Source: Rhodothermales bacterium
GTDB lineage: Bacteria > Bacteroidota > Rhodothermia > Rhodothermales > JANQRZ01
Reading direction: 5' to 3'
NCBI GenBank assembly: GCA_038232935.1
Contig: JBBSMX010000003.1
Span: forward strand, 6,443-70,442
DNA length: 64,000 nucleotides
The notes beneath the pieces were generated by a model. That model did not search any database. It was given only the letters and a program-made list of their open reading frames with translations, and had not been told where the DNA came from. Shown here piece after piece: positions 1 through 9,410 of the stretch (position 1 is its first letter; the number at the start of each line of letters is the position of its first letter). A program made the translations under genes and the position numbers.

Positions 1-60
1 GGGCGGCGGGGCGGGGAGCGGGGCTGTTCCGGCGTACGTTCGGCCGGCCGGTCCGCGTAG

Positions 61-159
61 AGGTAGAGGAAGGGTAAAGGGCGAGGGGCGCGGCCTGCTC
101 TACACGACCGAAATCGCCTCTTTTACCCTTCATCCCTCACCCTGTACCCTTTGACCCCC
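61..159. repeat. Imperfect inverted repeat (stem-loop) built from short purine/pyrimidine-rich words
   Basis: Read directly: gaagggtaaagggcgagg (69-88) pairs with cctcttttacccttc (117-131), 10-bp perfect core gaagggtaaa/tttacccttc. Lies in the ~265-nt non-coding stretch upstream of nuoJ. Confidence 0.45.
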
Positions 160-324
160 TTTCTTCCATTCTTCCGCTCTTCGCAGGGCTGGCCGGTTGA
201 TGCTCTGGCGACGTTTCTCTAACTTCCGACGATCTGTGCAGGTGGCCTCACCCCCCGCTCTCCCGCCACCTTCGCCGCCTGTCTTCTGCGCGTCTCCACC
301 GGCGCGTGACCGACCCCTCACCCG

Positions 325-834
<510 letters not shown>

Positions 835-838
835 AAGA

Positions 839-910
839 GTTGTTGGTTTTTAGCTGTTGGCTTTTGGTTGATGACCAACTGCCAAGAGCCAAGAGCCAAG
901 AGCCAAAAGC
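839..910. repeat. Intercistronic long imperfect hairpin (word repeats ttggct / agccaaga)
   Basis: Left arm gttgttggtttttagctgttggcttttggt, loop tgatg, right arm accaactgccaagagccaagagccaagagccaaaagc. About 30 pairing positions, locally low GC. Fills the nuoJ-nuoK spacer. Confidence 0.6.
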
Positions 911-919
911 TCCCCACCG

Positions 920-1225
920 ATGGAACTCGCCCTCAACTGGTACCTCTCGCTCTCGGCCGTGCTGTTCGTGATCGGCGTGCTGGGGGTGCTGCTCCGGCGC
1001 AACGCCATCGTCATCTTCCTCTCGATCGAGCTGATGCTGAACGCGGTGAACCTCACGCTCGTCGCCTTCAGCCAGAGCTTCGGCGACGTGGACGGCCTCG
1101 TACTCGTGTTCTTCGTGATGAGCGTGGCCGCGGCCGAAGCCGCCGTCGGGCTCGCCATCGTCATCGCCCTCTTCCGCAACAAGACGACCGTCAACGTCAA
1201 CGAGATCAACCTGTTCAGGGGCTGA
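920..1225 (+). CDS. nuoK: NADH-quinone oxidoreductase subunit K (Nqo11)
   Basis: 101 aa, 3 [37 protein letters not shown] and [12 protein letters not shown] are typical NuoK/ND4L. Confidence 0.9.
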   Translation: MELALNWYLSLSAVLFVIGVLGVLLRRNAIVIFLSIELMLNAVNLTLVAFSQSFGDVDGLVLVFFVMSVAAAEAAVGLAIVIALFRNKTTVNVNEINLFRG

Positions 1226-1232
1226 TGCCCCT

Positions 1233-1313
1233 GGCTTTTAGCTCTTGGCTGTTGGCTGTTAGCAGCCCCTCCGGCAGGAGAGCGCTAACAGCCAAGAGCT
1301 AACGGCCAACAGC
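1233..1313. repeat. Intercistronic long imperfect hairpin, same word family as 839-910
   Basis: ggcttttagctcttggctgttggctgttagc ... gctaacagccaagagctaacggccaacagc, with perfect terminal 10 bp ggctgttagc/gctaacagcc. Fills the nuoK-nuoL spacer. Confidence 0.6.
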
Positions 1314-1320
1314 TTTCCAC

Positions 1321-3399
1321 ATGGAAACTTCCGTCCGGCTCATCCTCCTCCTGCCGCTCCTCGGTGCGGCGCTCATCGGGCTGATGGGGCTCTTCGCTCC
1401 GGGCTTCCGGAAGCAGGAGAAGCTCATCGGGGTGATCGGGACGGCGGCCGTGGCGGTGCCGTTCGTACTCGCGGTGCTGCTGTTCCTCGGCCATCATCAC
1501 GGGGCCGAGATCGTGCGGACGTACACGTGGATGGCGGCGGGCGACCTATCGGTCGGGTTCGACTACCGGATCGACGCGCTCTCGCTGATCATGACGCTGA
1601 TCGTGACGGGGATCGGGGCGCTGATCCACCTGTACTCCATCGGGTACATGCATGGAGACGATGGATTCTGGCGCTTCTTCGCGTATTTGAACCTGTTCAT
1701 CTTCGCGATGCTCAACCTCGTGCTCGCGGAGAACCTCGTCGTGCTCTTCCTCGGGTGGGAGGGCGTCGGGCTGTGCTCCTACCTCCTCATCGGGTTCTGG
1801 TATACCGACCTCAAGAACTCGGCGGCGGCGAACAAGGCGTTCATCGTCAACCGCATCGGCGACTTCGCCTTCCTGCTCGGGATGTTCGTCCTGTACAAGG
1901 CGATGACGGCGGCGGGCGTGGCCCCCTTCGGGCTCGACTTCACGACGATCTTCGCCAACATCGATGTCCTCGCGGCGGGGACGGCGTCGATCATCGTGCT
2001 GCTGATGTTCATCGGTGCCACGGGCAAGAGCGCGCAGATCCCGCTCTTCGTGTGGCTCCCCGACGCCATGGCCGGCCCGACGCCGGTCTCCGCGCTGATC
2101 CACGCCGCGACGATGGTGACGAGCGGGCTCTACCTCCTCGCTCGCCTCTCGCCGGTCGTGCTCGAAGCACCGGGCGTGATGATCCTCATCGCCTTCGTCG
2201 GCGCGATCACGGCGATCATGGCGGCGACGATTGCGATCACGCAGAACGACATCAAAAAGGTACTCGCGTACTCGACCGTCTCGCAGCTTGGGTACATGTT
2301 CGTCGCGGCGGGCGTCGGCGCGTTCTTCGTCGCCATCTTCCACGTGCTCACGCACGCCTTTTTCAAGGCCTGCCTCTTCCTCGGCTCCGGCTCGGTGATC
2401 CACGCGATGCACCACGTCGAGCACGAGCTGGAGCACAAAGGCGTGATCGCCCCGCACCACGGCGACCACGACACGCCCCTCGACTCGGAGAAGCGGAAGG
2501 ACACGCTTCGCCATAACCCGCTGCCCTACGACGGGCCGTTCGATGCCCAAGACATGCGGACGATGGGCGGCCTCCGCAAGCACATGCCGATCACGGCGAT
2601 CACCTTTCTGATTTCGACGCTCTCGATCGCCGGGATTCCGCTCCTCGCCGGGTTCTTCTCGAAAGACGAGATCCTGTTCAAGGCGTTCGAACTGGGCTAC
2701 GACGGGCACGTCTGGGCCTACATCGTCTGGGGTATCGGGATCGTGACCGCGCTCCTGACAGCGGTCTACATGACGCGTGCGTACGTGCTCACCTTCGAAG
2801 GCCGCGAGCGCTGGCCCGACGCCGTCGGGACGAAGCCACACGAGAGCCCGTTGACGATGACGTTCCCGCTCATCGTGCTCGCGATCGGCGCGGCGCTGGG
2901 CGGGTTCCTCGGACTGCCCGAAGTGCTCGGTGAGAGCTGGATTCACCACTACCTCGGCGCGGAGTTCGGCGGGCCCGTAGCTGAGGCCGAAATGGTCCAC
3001 CACGTCTCGCACGGCATCGAGTGGGGGCTGCTCGCGCTCGGCGGGCTCATCGCGCTCGTTGGCGTAGGCGCGGCGTGGGCGAGTTACCGGACGAGCGGGT
3101 TGCAGACGGACAACACGATCCGCCGCAAGCTCGGCGCGGTCTACACCCTCCTCTCGAACAAGTACTACGTAGACGAAGCCTACGACGCGACGGTCGTCCG
3201 GCCCATCACGGAGGGCGCGCGCCGCGGACTCGCCCCGTTCGACGCGAAGGTGGTGGACGGTGCGGTGAACGGCACGGCGAAGCTCGTGCGCAGCCTCAGC
3301 AGTTGGGGACGCGGGATGCAGACCGGCATCGTGCAGAACTACGCCCTCGCCCTCGTGCTCGGCGTCGTCGTCGTCGTGGCCCTCATGATCTTCGTTTGA
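1321..3399 (+). CDS. nuoL: NADH-quinone oxidoreductase subunit L (Nqo12)
   Basis: 692 aa polytopic. GWEGVGLCSYLLIGFW and WLPDAMAGPTPVSALIHAATMVTSG are hallmark NuoL/ND5 motifs. Confidence 0.95.
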   Translation: METSVRLILLLPLLGAALIGLMGLFAPGFRKQEKLIGVIGTAAVAVPFVLAVLLFLGHHHGAEIVRTYTWMAAGDLSVGFDYRIDALSLIMTLIVTGIGALIHLYSIGYMHGDDGFWRFFAYLNLFIFAMLNLVLAENLVVLFLGWEGVGLCSYLLIGFWYTDLKNSAAANKAFIVNRIGDFAFLLGMFVLYKAMTAAGVAPFGLDFTTIFANIDVLAAGTASIIVLLMFIGATGKSAQIPLFVWLPDAMAGPTPVSALIHAATMVTSGLYLLARLSPVVLEAPGVMILIAFVGAITAIMAATIAITQNDIKKVLAYSTVSQLGYMFVAAGVGAFFVAIFHVLTHAFFKACLFLGSGSVIHAMHHVEHELEHKGVIAPHHGDHDTPLDSEKRKDTLRHNPLPYDGPFDAQDMRTMGGLRKHMPITAITFLISTLSIAGIPLLAGFFSKDEILFKAFELGYDGHVWAYIVWGIGIVTALLTAVYMTRAYVLTFEGRERWPDAVGTKPHESPLTMTFPLIVLAIGAALGGFLGLPEVLGESWIHHYLGAEFGGPVAEAEMVHHVSHGIEWGLLALGGLIALVGVGAAWASYRTSGLQTDNTIRRKLGAVYTLLSNKYYVDEAYDATVVRPITEGARRGLAPFDAKVVDGAVNGTAKLVRSLSSWGRGMQTGIVQNYALALVLGVVVVVALMIFV

Positions 3400-3427
3400 C
3401 GCAGGCATCACCCCGTACGGGCGCAGC

Positions 3428-5038
3428 ATGCTGTGCCCCTACCTATCGCCCGACATGGATTTTCTCGCTAGCCTTTCGCACCTCGTCTCGTGGGTGATCT
3501 TCCTGCCCGCGCTCGGCGCGCTCGTCACCCTGTTCATGCCGAGCGACGGGGCCGTACGGTGGGCCGCGCTCGGCACGACGGCGCTAACATTCCTCGTCTC
3601 GCTCGGCCTGTGGTTCGGGTTCGATCCGGCGGTCTCGACGACGGAAGGGCCGCAACTCGTCGAGCAGACACTGAACTGGTTTCCCGGCGTGGACATCACG
3701 TACTACGTCGGCGTGGACGGGCTGAACCTGCTGCTGATGCTGCTGACGACGCTCCTCGGGCCGATCGTCGTGCTCTCGTCGTGGACGTACATCGGCAAGC
3801 AGGTGAAGGGCTACTTCGCGCTGCTCCTGATCCTCGAGACCGGCGTGCTCGGCGTGTTCGCCTCGTTCGACCTGTTCCTGTTCTACGTCTTCTTCGAGCT
3901 CACGCTCATCCCGATGTACTTCATCATCGGCATCTGGGGCGGCGAGAATCGGGTCTACGCGGCGGTGAAGTTCGTGCTCTACACCCTCTTCGGCTCGCTG
4001 CTCATGCTCGTCGGCGTGCTGTGGCTCGGGTTCGCGGCGGGCGACGCCGTCAACGGCGGCGTGTTCACGACGAACTGGTACAAGCTGCTGGCCTTCGCCG
4101 TCCCGCTCGGCTCGCAGTGGTGGCTGTTCGTGCTCTTCGCACTCGCCTTCGCCATCAAGGTCCCGCTCTTCCCGTTCCACACGTGGCTCCCCGACGCCCA
4201 CGTGCAGGCCCCGACGGGCGGCTCGGTCGTCCTCGCCGGCGTCCTGCTGAAGATGGGGACGTACGGCCTCGTGCGGTTCTGCCTCCCGTTCTTCCCGAAC
4301 GCCGCGCAGCAGTTCGCCGTGCCGATTGCGATCCTCGCGCTCATCGGGATCGTCTACGGCGCGCTCGTGGCGTATGCGCAGGAAGACGCGAAGAAGCTGG
4401 TCGCGTACTCGTCGGTGGCGCACCTCGGCTTCGTCGTCCTCGGCATCTTCGCCTTCACGACAGAGGCATTGCAGGGCGCGATGATTCAGATGGTCAACCA
4501 CGGGATCTCGACCGGCGCGCTCTTCCTCATCATCGGGATGCTCTACGAGCGGCGGCACACGCGGCTGATGGCGGACTTCGGCGGGATCGCCAAGTCGGTG
4601 CCGATCCTGACGTTCTTCATGGTGTTCAGCGTGCTCGCCTCCGTCGGGCTGCCGGGCCTCAACGGGTTCGTCGGGGAGTTCCTCATCCTGCTCGGGACGT
4701 ACAAGAGCACGGTGCTCGGGGCATGGTGGATCACGGCGATTGCGACGAGCGGGGTGATCTTCGCGGCGGTCTACCTGCTGACGATGCTGTACAAGACGTT
4801 TTACGGCCCGCTCACCGGCGAGGCCAACAAGACGATGGCGGACCTGAACCTCCGCGAGATCGGGCTGCTGGTGCCGCTCGTAGTCCTTATGTTCTGGCTC
4901 GGATTCGGCCCGGCCCCGTTTCTGGAGAAGAGCGAGCCCGCGGTCCGCTCGCTGCTGGAAGTGATCGAAGGGAAACGGTTGGCCGCCCTCGAATCGCCCA
5001 GCGAGACGCTCGTCGCCCTGCCGCTGGAAACGCCGTAG
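3428..5038 (+). CDS. nuoM: NADH-quinone oxidoreductase subunit M (Nqo13)
   Basis: 536 aa. FFELTLIPMYFIIGIWGG and HTWLPDAHVQAPTGGSVVLAGVLLKMGTYG are NuoM/ND4 motifs. An alternative ATG at 3455 (MDFLASL) is possible. Confidence 0.9.
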   Translation: MLCPYLSPDMDFLASLSHLVSWVIFLPALGALVTLFMPSDGAVRWAALGTTALTFLVSLGLWFGFDPAVSTTEGPQLVEQTLNWFPGVDITYYVGVDGLNLLLMLLTTLLGPIVVLSSWTYIGKQVKGYFALLLILETGVLGVFASFDLFLFYVFFELTLIPMYFIIGIWGGENRVYAAVKFVLYTLFGSLLMLVGVLWLGFAAGDAVNGGVFTTNWYKLLAFAVPLGSQWWLFVLFALAFAIKVPLFPFHTWLPDAHVQAPTGGSVVLAGVLLKMGTYGLVRFCLPFFPNAAQQFAVPIAILALIGIVYGALVAYAQEDAKKLVAYSSVAHLGFVVLGIFAFTTEALQGAMIQMVNHGISTGALFLIIGMLYERRHTRLMADFGGIAKSVPILTFFMVFSVLASVGLPGLNGFVGEFLILLGTYKSTVLGAWWITAIATSGVIFAAVYLLTMLYKTFYGPLTGEANKTMADLNLREIGLLVPLVVLMFWLGFGPAPFLEKSEPAVRSLLEVIEGKRLAALESPSETLVALPLETP

Positions 5039-5062
5039 GGGCGACCGGCCGGTCGCCCCTAC
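5035..5062. repeat. REP-like perfect palindrome gtaggggcgaccgg|ccggtcgcccctac
   Basis: 28-nt perfect palindrome read directly. The nuoM TAG stop (5036-5038) lies inside it. Same GTAGGGG...CCCCTAC architecture as 24519, 30169 and 45307. Confidence 0.75.
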
Positions 5063-5086
5063 CACCACCCCCCAAGCCCCTCGCTC

Positions 5087-6691
5087 ATGCCCTCCGTCCT
5101 GCTCCGCGTCCTCCTCTTGACGTTGCTGCTCGGCGTGGCGGTGCCGCTCGCGCAGGCACAAGAGCCGGCGCCGGGCGATGGCATCGAGCAGACCGCGCCC
5201 GAGGCCGTGGATACGGCCCCCACGGACCCCCACGAGGTCTCCGTCGCGGGAGGGGAGGGTGCCCACGGTGAAGGCGAAGAGCACGGGCCGCCGCCGCCGC
5301 TCTTCCTCGTGCTCCCGTTCGTCGCGCTCTTGCTGATGATCGCCACGGGGCCGCTGTTCTACCCGCATCACTGGCACCACCACTACCCCAAATACGCCGT
5401 CGGCCTCGGCCTCGCCGTCATCGCCTACTACCTCGCCGTGCTCCACACGGGGACGCCGCTCATGCACGCAGCGGTGGAATACCTCTCGTTCATCGCGCTC
5501 CTCGCCTCGCTCTTCGTCGCCAGCGGCTGCATCCTCATCAAGACCGACTACGCAGGGACGCCCCGCGTCAACGCGACGCTGCTCTTCATCGGAGCCGTGA
5601 TCTCCAACTTCATCGGGACGACGGGGGCCTCGATGCTGCTGATCCGGCCGTACATGCGGATCAACGCTGGGCGGATCAAGGCGTACCACATCATCTTCTT
5701 CATCTTCTGCGTCTCGAACGTCGGTGGGGCGCTCACGCCGATCGGCGACCCCCCGCTGTTCCTCGGCTTCCTGCGCGGCGTGCCGTTCTTCTGGACCGTC
5801 GCCCACATCTGGTACATCTGGCTCCCGACGCTGCTGATCATCCTCGGCGTGTTCTGGGTGTTCGACGCGCGCAACAAGCTGGAGAGCAACCGCGAGCGGA
5901 TCGAGGAGACGGGCCACGACGTGGACCCCGGCGAGGGCGAGGGCTCCATCGCGCCGGTCCCTGCGACGCACACGCAGAAGCACCTCGTGATTGAGGGGAA
6001 GGCGGGGTTCGGCTGGCTCGCCGTCATCATCGCCTCGGTCTTCATCGACCCGAACGTCTTCGGGTGGGTGCCGGACCTCCACGGGGCGCTCCACGTCCCG
6101 TTCGGGATCCGCGAGATGATCATGTTCGCCGTCTGCTACCTCGCCTACAAAACGGCGAAGCCCGAGGTGCTGCGCGGGAACGACTTCAACTTCGAGCCGA
6201 TCCGCGAGGTGGCGTGGCTCTTCGTCGGCATCTTCGTCACGATGCAGCCGGCGCTCGAGCTCATCCGGCTCTTCGCGAGTGGAAACGCGGGCGCGCTCAA
6301 CGAGACGACGTTCTACTTCGGGACGGGGCTGCTCTCCGGCGTCCTCGACAACGCCCCGACCTACGTCTCCTTCCTCTCCGCCGCGATGGGCAAGTTCGGG
6401 ATGGACGTGAACGTCCCGGCCGAGGTGCTCGACTTCGCCGCCCACCCGGGCGCGGCGACGGGCTTCTACCTCCAGGCGATCTCGGTGGCGGCCGTGTTCT
6501 TCGGCGCGCTCACCTACATCGGCAACGGCCCGAACTTCATGGTCAAGGCCATCGCCGAGTCCAGCGGCGTCGACTGCCCGAGCTTCGGCGGCTACCTCAT
6601 CCGCTACTCCCTCCCGATCCTCCTCCCGATCTACGTCCTCGTCTGGCTCGTCTTCTTCAGCGGCTGGATCATCCCTATCCCCGTCGGCTGA
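5087..6691 (+). CDS. nhaD: NhaD/ArsB-superfamily ion transporter (putative Na+/H+ antiporter) with N-terminal signal peptide and acidic linker
   Basis: 534 aa polytopic. GALTPIGDPPLFLGFLRGVPFFWT and GVLDNAPTYVSF resemble NhaD/citrate-transporter-like permeases. Sits between nuoM and nuoN, as reported (from memory) for Rhodothermus marinus. Confidence 0.7.
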   Translation: MPSVLLRVLLLTLLLGVAVPLAQAQEPAPGDGIEQTAPEAVDTAPTDPHEVSVAGGEGAHGEGEEHGPPPPLFLVLPFVALLLMIATGPLFYPHHWHHHYPKYAVGLGLAVIAYYLAVLHTGTPLMHAAVEYLSFIALLASLFVASGCILIKTDYAGTPRVNATLLFIGAVISNFIGTTGASMLLIRPYMRINAGRIKAYHIIFFIFCVSNVGGALTPIGDPPLFLGFLRGVPFFWTVAHIWYIWLPTLLIILGVFWVFDARNKLESNRERIEETGHDVDPGEGEGSIAPVPATHTQKHLVIEGKAGFGWLAVIIASVFIDPNVFGWVPDLHGALHVPFGIREMIMFAVCYLAYKTAKPEVLRGNDFNFEPIREVAWLFVGIFVTMQPALELIRLFASGNAGALNETTFYFGTGLLSGVLDNAPTYVSFLSAAMGKFGMDVNVPAEVLDFAAHPGAATGFYLQAISVAAVFFGALTYIGNGPNFMVKAIAESSGVDCPSFGGYLIRYSLPILLPIYVLVWLVFFSGWIIPIPVG

Positions 6692-6695
6692 GCCC

Positions 6696-6989
6696 ATGAG
6701 AGAGCCTCTTTCTCCCGACGAAATCAGCGCTGCGCTCGATGCGCTGTCGGGCTGGACGTACGAGGACGACGCCCTCGCCAAAACCTTCACCTTCGGCGAC
6801 TTCCGCGAGGCCCTCGCGTTCATCGTCCGCCTCGGCTTCGAGGCCGAAGAGCGGGACCACCACCCGAACCTCACGAACGTTTACAACCGGGTCGAGCTCG
6901 CGCTCACGACCCACGACGCCGGCAACCGGGTCACGCAGATGGACGTGGACCTGGCGCGGGCGATAGAGCAATTAGTCCGGGGTCAGTAG
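6696..6989 (+). CDS. pcd: Pterin-4-alpha-carbinolamine dehydratase (PCD/DCoH)
   Basis: 97 aa. LSGWTYEDDALAKTFTFGDFREALAFIVRLGFEAEERDHHPNLTNVYNRVELALTTHDAG is the PCD signature (HHP...V...L.TH). Confidence 0.85.
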   Translation: MREPLSPDEISAALDALSGWTYEDDALAKTFTFGDFREALAFIVRLGFEAEERDHHPNLTNVYNRVELALTTHDAGNRVTQMDVDLARAIEQLVRGQ

Positions 6990-7042
6990 TCTGTGGTCTG
7001 TTGTGGAGAGAAAGCAACGGACCACGAACCCCGGACAACTAA
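6972..7042. repeat. Long imperfect hairpin spanning the pcd stop and the pcd-nuoN spacer
   Basis: ttagtccggggtcagtagtctgtggtctgttg / loop tggagagaaag / caacggaccacgaaccccggacaactaa. The left arm encodes the last pcd codons (..QLVRGQ*). Confidence 0.6.
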
Positions 7043-7051
7043 CCAACCCTC

Positions 7052-8539
7052 ATGTACGCCTCCCTTTTTAGCGACCTCGCCGCCGCCTTCCCGACCGTGC
7101 TCGTCGCCCTCCTCGGGATCGTGGTCGTGCTCTACGACTCGTTCCGGAACGACGCGCCGGAGATCCCCTGGATCGCGGGGGTCGGCGTCGCCGTCGCGCT
7201 CGGCGTCGAGCTGCTCCGGCTGGGGAGCCCCGGCGTCCCCATCTTCTCCGACCAGCTCTTCGCGGGCGGCTACGCGTCGTACGTCAACGCGGTGATTTTG
7301 CTCGGCACGCTCGGGAGCGTGATCCTCTCGGTGCCGTACCTCCGGCGGATCGGGCACAACTACGGCGAGGTCCACGCGCTCATCCTCTTCGCCACGACCG
7401 GGATGATGGTGCTCGCGGCATCGGCAAGCCTCGTCACGATCTTCGTCGGGCTCGAGACGATGTCGATCTGCCTGTACGTGCTCACCGGCCTGGTCCGCGA
7501 GGAAGCGCGCGCGAATGAGAGCGCGCTCAAATACTTCCTCCTCGGGGCATTCTCGACGGGGTTCTTCCTCTACGGCATCGCGCTGATCTACGGCGCGACA
7601 GGGACGATGGTGCTAGCCGAGATGCCCGCCGCGATTCTGCTCACCGGCCGCACGGGCTTCCTCTTCGCGGGCCTCGCGCTCCTGCTGATCGGGTTCTTCT
7701 TCAAGGTGTCGGCCGTGCCCTTCCACATGTGGACGCCCGACGTGTACCAGGGCGCGCCGACGACGATCACCGGGTTCATGTCTACGACCTCGAAGGCGGC
7801 GGCTTTCTCGGCGCTCATCCTCGTACTCTCGGTCGGGATGGCAGAGGCGAGCCTCGCGGCGCGGTGGAGCCTCGTGATTGCGGCGGTGGCGGCGGTGACG
7901 ATGGTGCTCGGCAACGTGCTCGCGCTCAGCCAGTCGAACGTGAAGCGGATGCTGGCGTATTCGTCGATCGCGCACGCGGGCTACGTCCTCACCGGCATCG
8001 CCGCCGGCAGCGTTGAGGGCTACAGCGGCGCGCTCTACTACCTCCTCGCGTACACGCTGATGAACCTTGGCGCCTTCGGCGTGATGGCCGCGCTCGAATG
8101 GGACGAGGAGCAGGGGGCCGGGCAGACGCTCGACTCGCTCTCCGGCGTCGGCTACCGCAAGCCGATCCTCGGCGTCACGATGGGCGTGTTCATGTTCGCC
8201 CTCACCGGCTTCCCGCCGCTGGCCGGGTTCATCGGGAAGTACAAAGTGTTCGCTGCTGCCGTCGAGGCCGACATGACGTGGCTCGCGCTCGTCGGCGTGA
8301 CCGCGAGCATCGTGTCGGCGTTTTACTACCTCCGGGTGATGGTGGCCTTTTGGATGACGCCGGAAGAGGAGGGGACGGCTACGGCCCGGCAAGCCGCCTT
8401 CCCCGTTTCGATGTTGACCGCGGCAGTCCTCGTCGGATGTGCGGTGGCGCTGCTCTTCTTCGGCGTGCTGCCCGGCGGCGTGCTGGAGACCACACGCACC
8501 TTCTTCGTGGATGCAGCGGCCTTCGCAGTCGGGGGGTGA
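7052..8539 (+). CDS. nuoN: NADH-quinone oxidoreductase subunit N (Nqo14)
   Basis: 495 aa. FFFKVSAVPFHMWTPDVYQGAPTTITGFMSTTSKAAAF is the NuoN/ND2 motif. Confidence 0.9.
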   Translation: MYASLFSDLAAAFPTVLVALLGIVVVLYDSFRNDAPEIPWIAGVGVAVALGVELLRLGSPGVPIFSDQLFAGGYASYVNAVILLGTLGSVILSVPYLRRIGHNYGEVHALILFATTGMMVLAASASLVTIFVGLETMSICLYVLTGLVREEARANESALKYFLLGAFSTGFFLYGIALIYGATGTMVLAEMPAAILLTGRTGFLFAGLALLLIGFFFKVSAVPFHMWTPDVYQGAPTTITGFMSTTSKAAAFSALILVLSVGMAEASLAARWSLVIAAVAAVTMVLGNVLALSQSNVKRMLAYSSIAHAGYVLTGIAAGSVEGYSGALYYLLAYTLMNLGAFGVMAALEWDEEQGAGQTLDSLSGVGYRKPILGVTMGVFMFALTGFPPLAGFIGKYKVFAAAVEADMTWLALVGVTASIVSAFYYLRVMVAFWMTPEEEGTATARQAAFPVSMLTAAVLVGCAVALLFFGVLPGGVLETTRTFFVDAAAFAVGG

Positions 8540-8540
8540 G

Positions 8541-8751
8541 GCGTGACGAGGGATACGGATTCAGCGTGACGATGTCAGGAGAGCACGGCGAGGGATCCGT
8601 GAAGCGGGATCCGTGAGGGTGCCGGCAGCGACGCCGGAAAGTGAACGCGCGCTTCACGGTCTCCGCTATACGGACATCGTCTACTTGAAACGGTATGATG
8701 CGTGAGGTCGAGCGCCACCGCCGACCTTGAGTTCACGTATCACGCATCACG
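8541..8751. repeat. Cluster of nested inverted/direct repeats downstream of nuoN
   Basis: Direct repeat gggatccgtga x2 (8581-8610). Palindrome gtgaacgcgcgcttcac (8641-8657). gacgatgtc (8567-8577 region) pairs with gacatcgtc (8671-8684 region). Perfect 10-bp IR tgatgcgtga (8696-8705) / tcacgcatca (8740-8749). Confidence 0.5.
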
Positions 8752-8795
8752 TTGCGGCCTCCTCCCGTCGGCAACGTGTAAGCCCTGACCCGCCC

Positions 8796-9392
8796 ATGCA
8801 ATCCCTCCTCCGCGACTACCTCCCGCAAGCCCCGCAGCACGGGCTTTACCGCGCGCCCGACATCCCGGCCGGCAAGCTCCACGCCGCCCTCCGCGACTAT
8901 GCGCCGGACATCGAGCCGGGCTCCGTCCTCGCGCTCTACGACGCGACCCGGCTCGGCTCGGCCAAAGACGGCGCGCTCTTCCTCGCCGACCGGCTCGTCT
9001 ACCAGAACAACGACCTCACGCCGGCCCAGACGGTTCGCTACGAAGACATCGTCCGCGTCGACGAGAAGCGGCTGTTCCTCGGGGGGCGGAAAGTCGAGAT
9101 CGACGTGAACCAGGGGCGGGCGACGACGACGCACGCCCTCGACTTCTCGGCTCGGGCGGACGCCGCCGAGTTCGTCGCCCGCTTTCTCCAGGAGGCCATG
9201 CTCGCCTCGGCCCGCGCCGACGCCGCCGAGTCACTTCGCCCGGAAGCTGCGCCGGAGTTGGGTGAGCGTGCCCGGACGACGGCCGGCTCGGACCTCCGCG
9301 CCGTCGAGCGCGCCCTCGCCGACCTCCGCGCCGCCGGCACCCTCGCCGACGCGGACCATCGCCGCCTGCTGGCCGCGCTGCGCGACGACTAG
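8796..9392 (+). CDS. Hypothetical protein (bacterial PH/GRAM-like N-terminal region)
   Basis: ORF-track frame 8727-9392. ATG at 8796 (MQSLLRDYL) chosen because 8727-8751 is hairpin repeat sequence. Internal duplicated SARADAAE motif. No confident family call. Confidence 0.55.
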   Translation: MQSLLRDYLPQAPQHGLYRAPDIPAGKLHAALRDYAPDIEPGSVLALYDATRLGSAKDGALFLADRLVYQNNDLTPAQTVRYEDIVRVDEKRLFLGGRKVEIDVNQGRATTTHALDFSARADAAEFVARFLQEAMLASARADAAESLRPEAAPELGERARTTAGSDLRAVERALADLRAAGTLADADHRRLLAALRDD

Positions 9393-9410
9393 CGTTGCGG
9401 TCGATGCGCG

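Noticed and set aside
1-60. Possible 3' end of an upstream gene (frame 1 ends at TAG 58-60), e.g. nuoI.
   Set aside because: The 19 translated residues (GRRGGERGCSGVRSAGRSA) carry no recognisable motif, so this cannot be supported.
197-225. Sigma70-like hexamers TTGATG-17-TAACTT upstream of nuoJ (and TTGACA-17-GATATT at 29253-29281).
   Set aside because: The matches are weak, and promoter consensus in this lineage may differ (Bacteroidota-type -33/-7 elements). They are not reported as features without TSS data.
3584-6874. 1096-aa ORF on the minus strand. Similar very long antisense or alternate-frame ORFs include 1546-3429(-), 13750-15657(-), 15976-17436(-), 39943-41496(+) and 59587-61401(+).
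   Set aside because: Their translations are Arg/Asp/Glu/Pro/Gly-rich low-complexity strings with no motifs. They lie antisense to clearly recognisable genes (nuoM/nhaD, nuoL, icmF, choice-of-anchor B, L,D-transpeptidase). This is the typical stop-codon-poor artefact of ~68% GC DNA.
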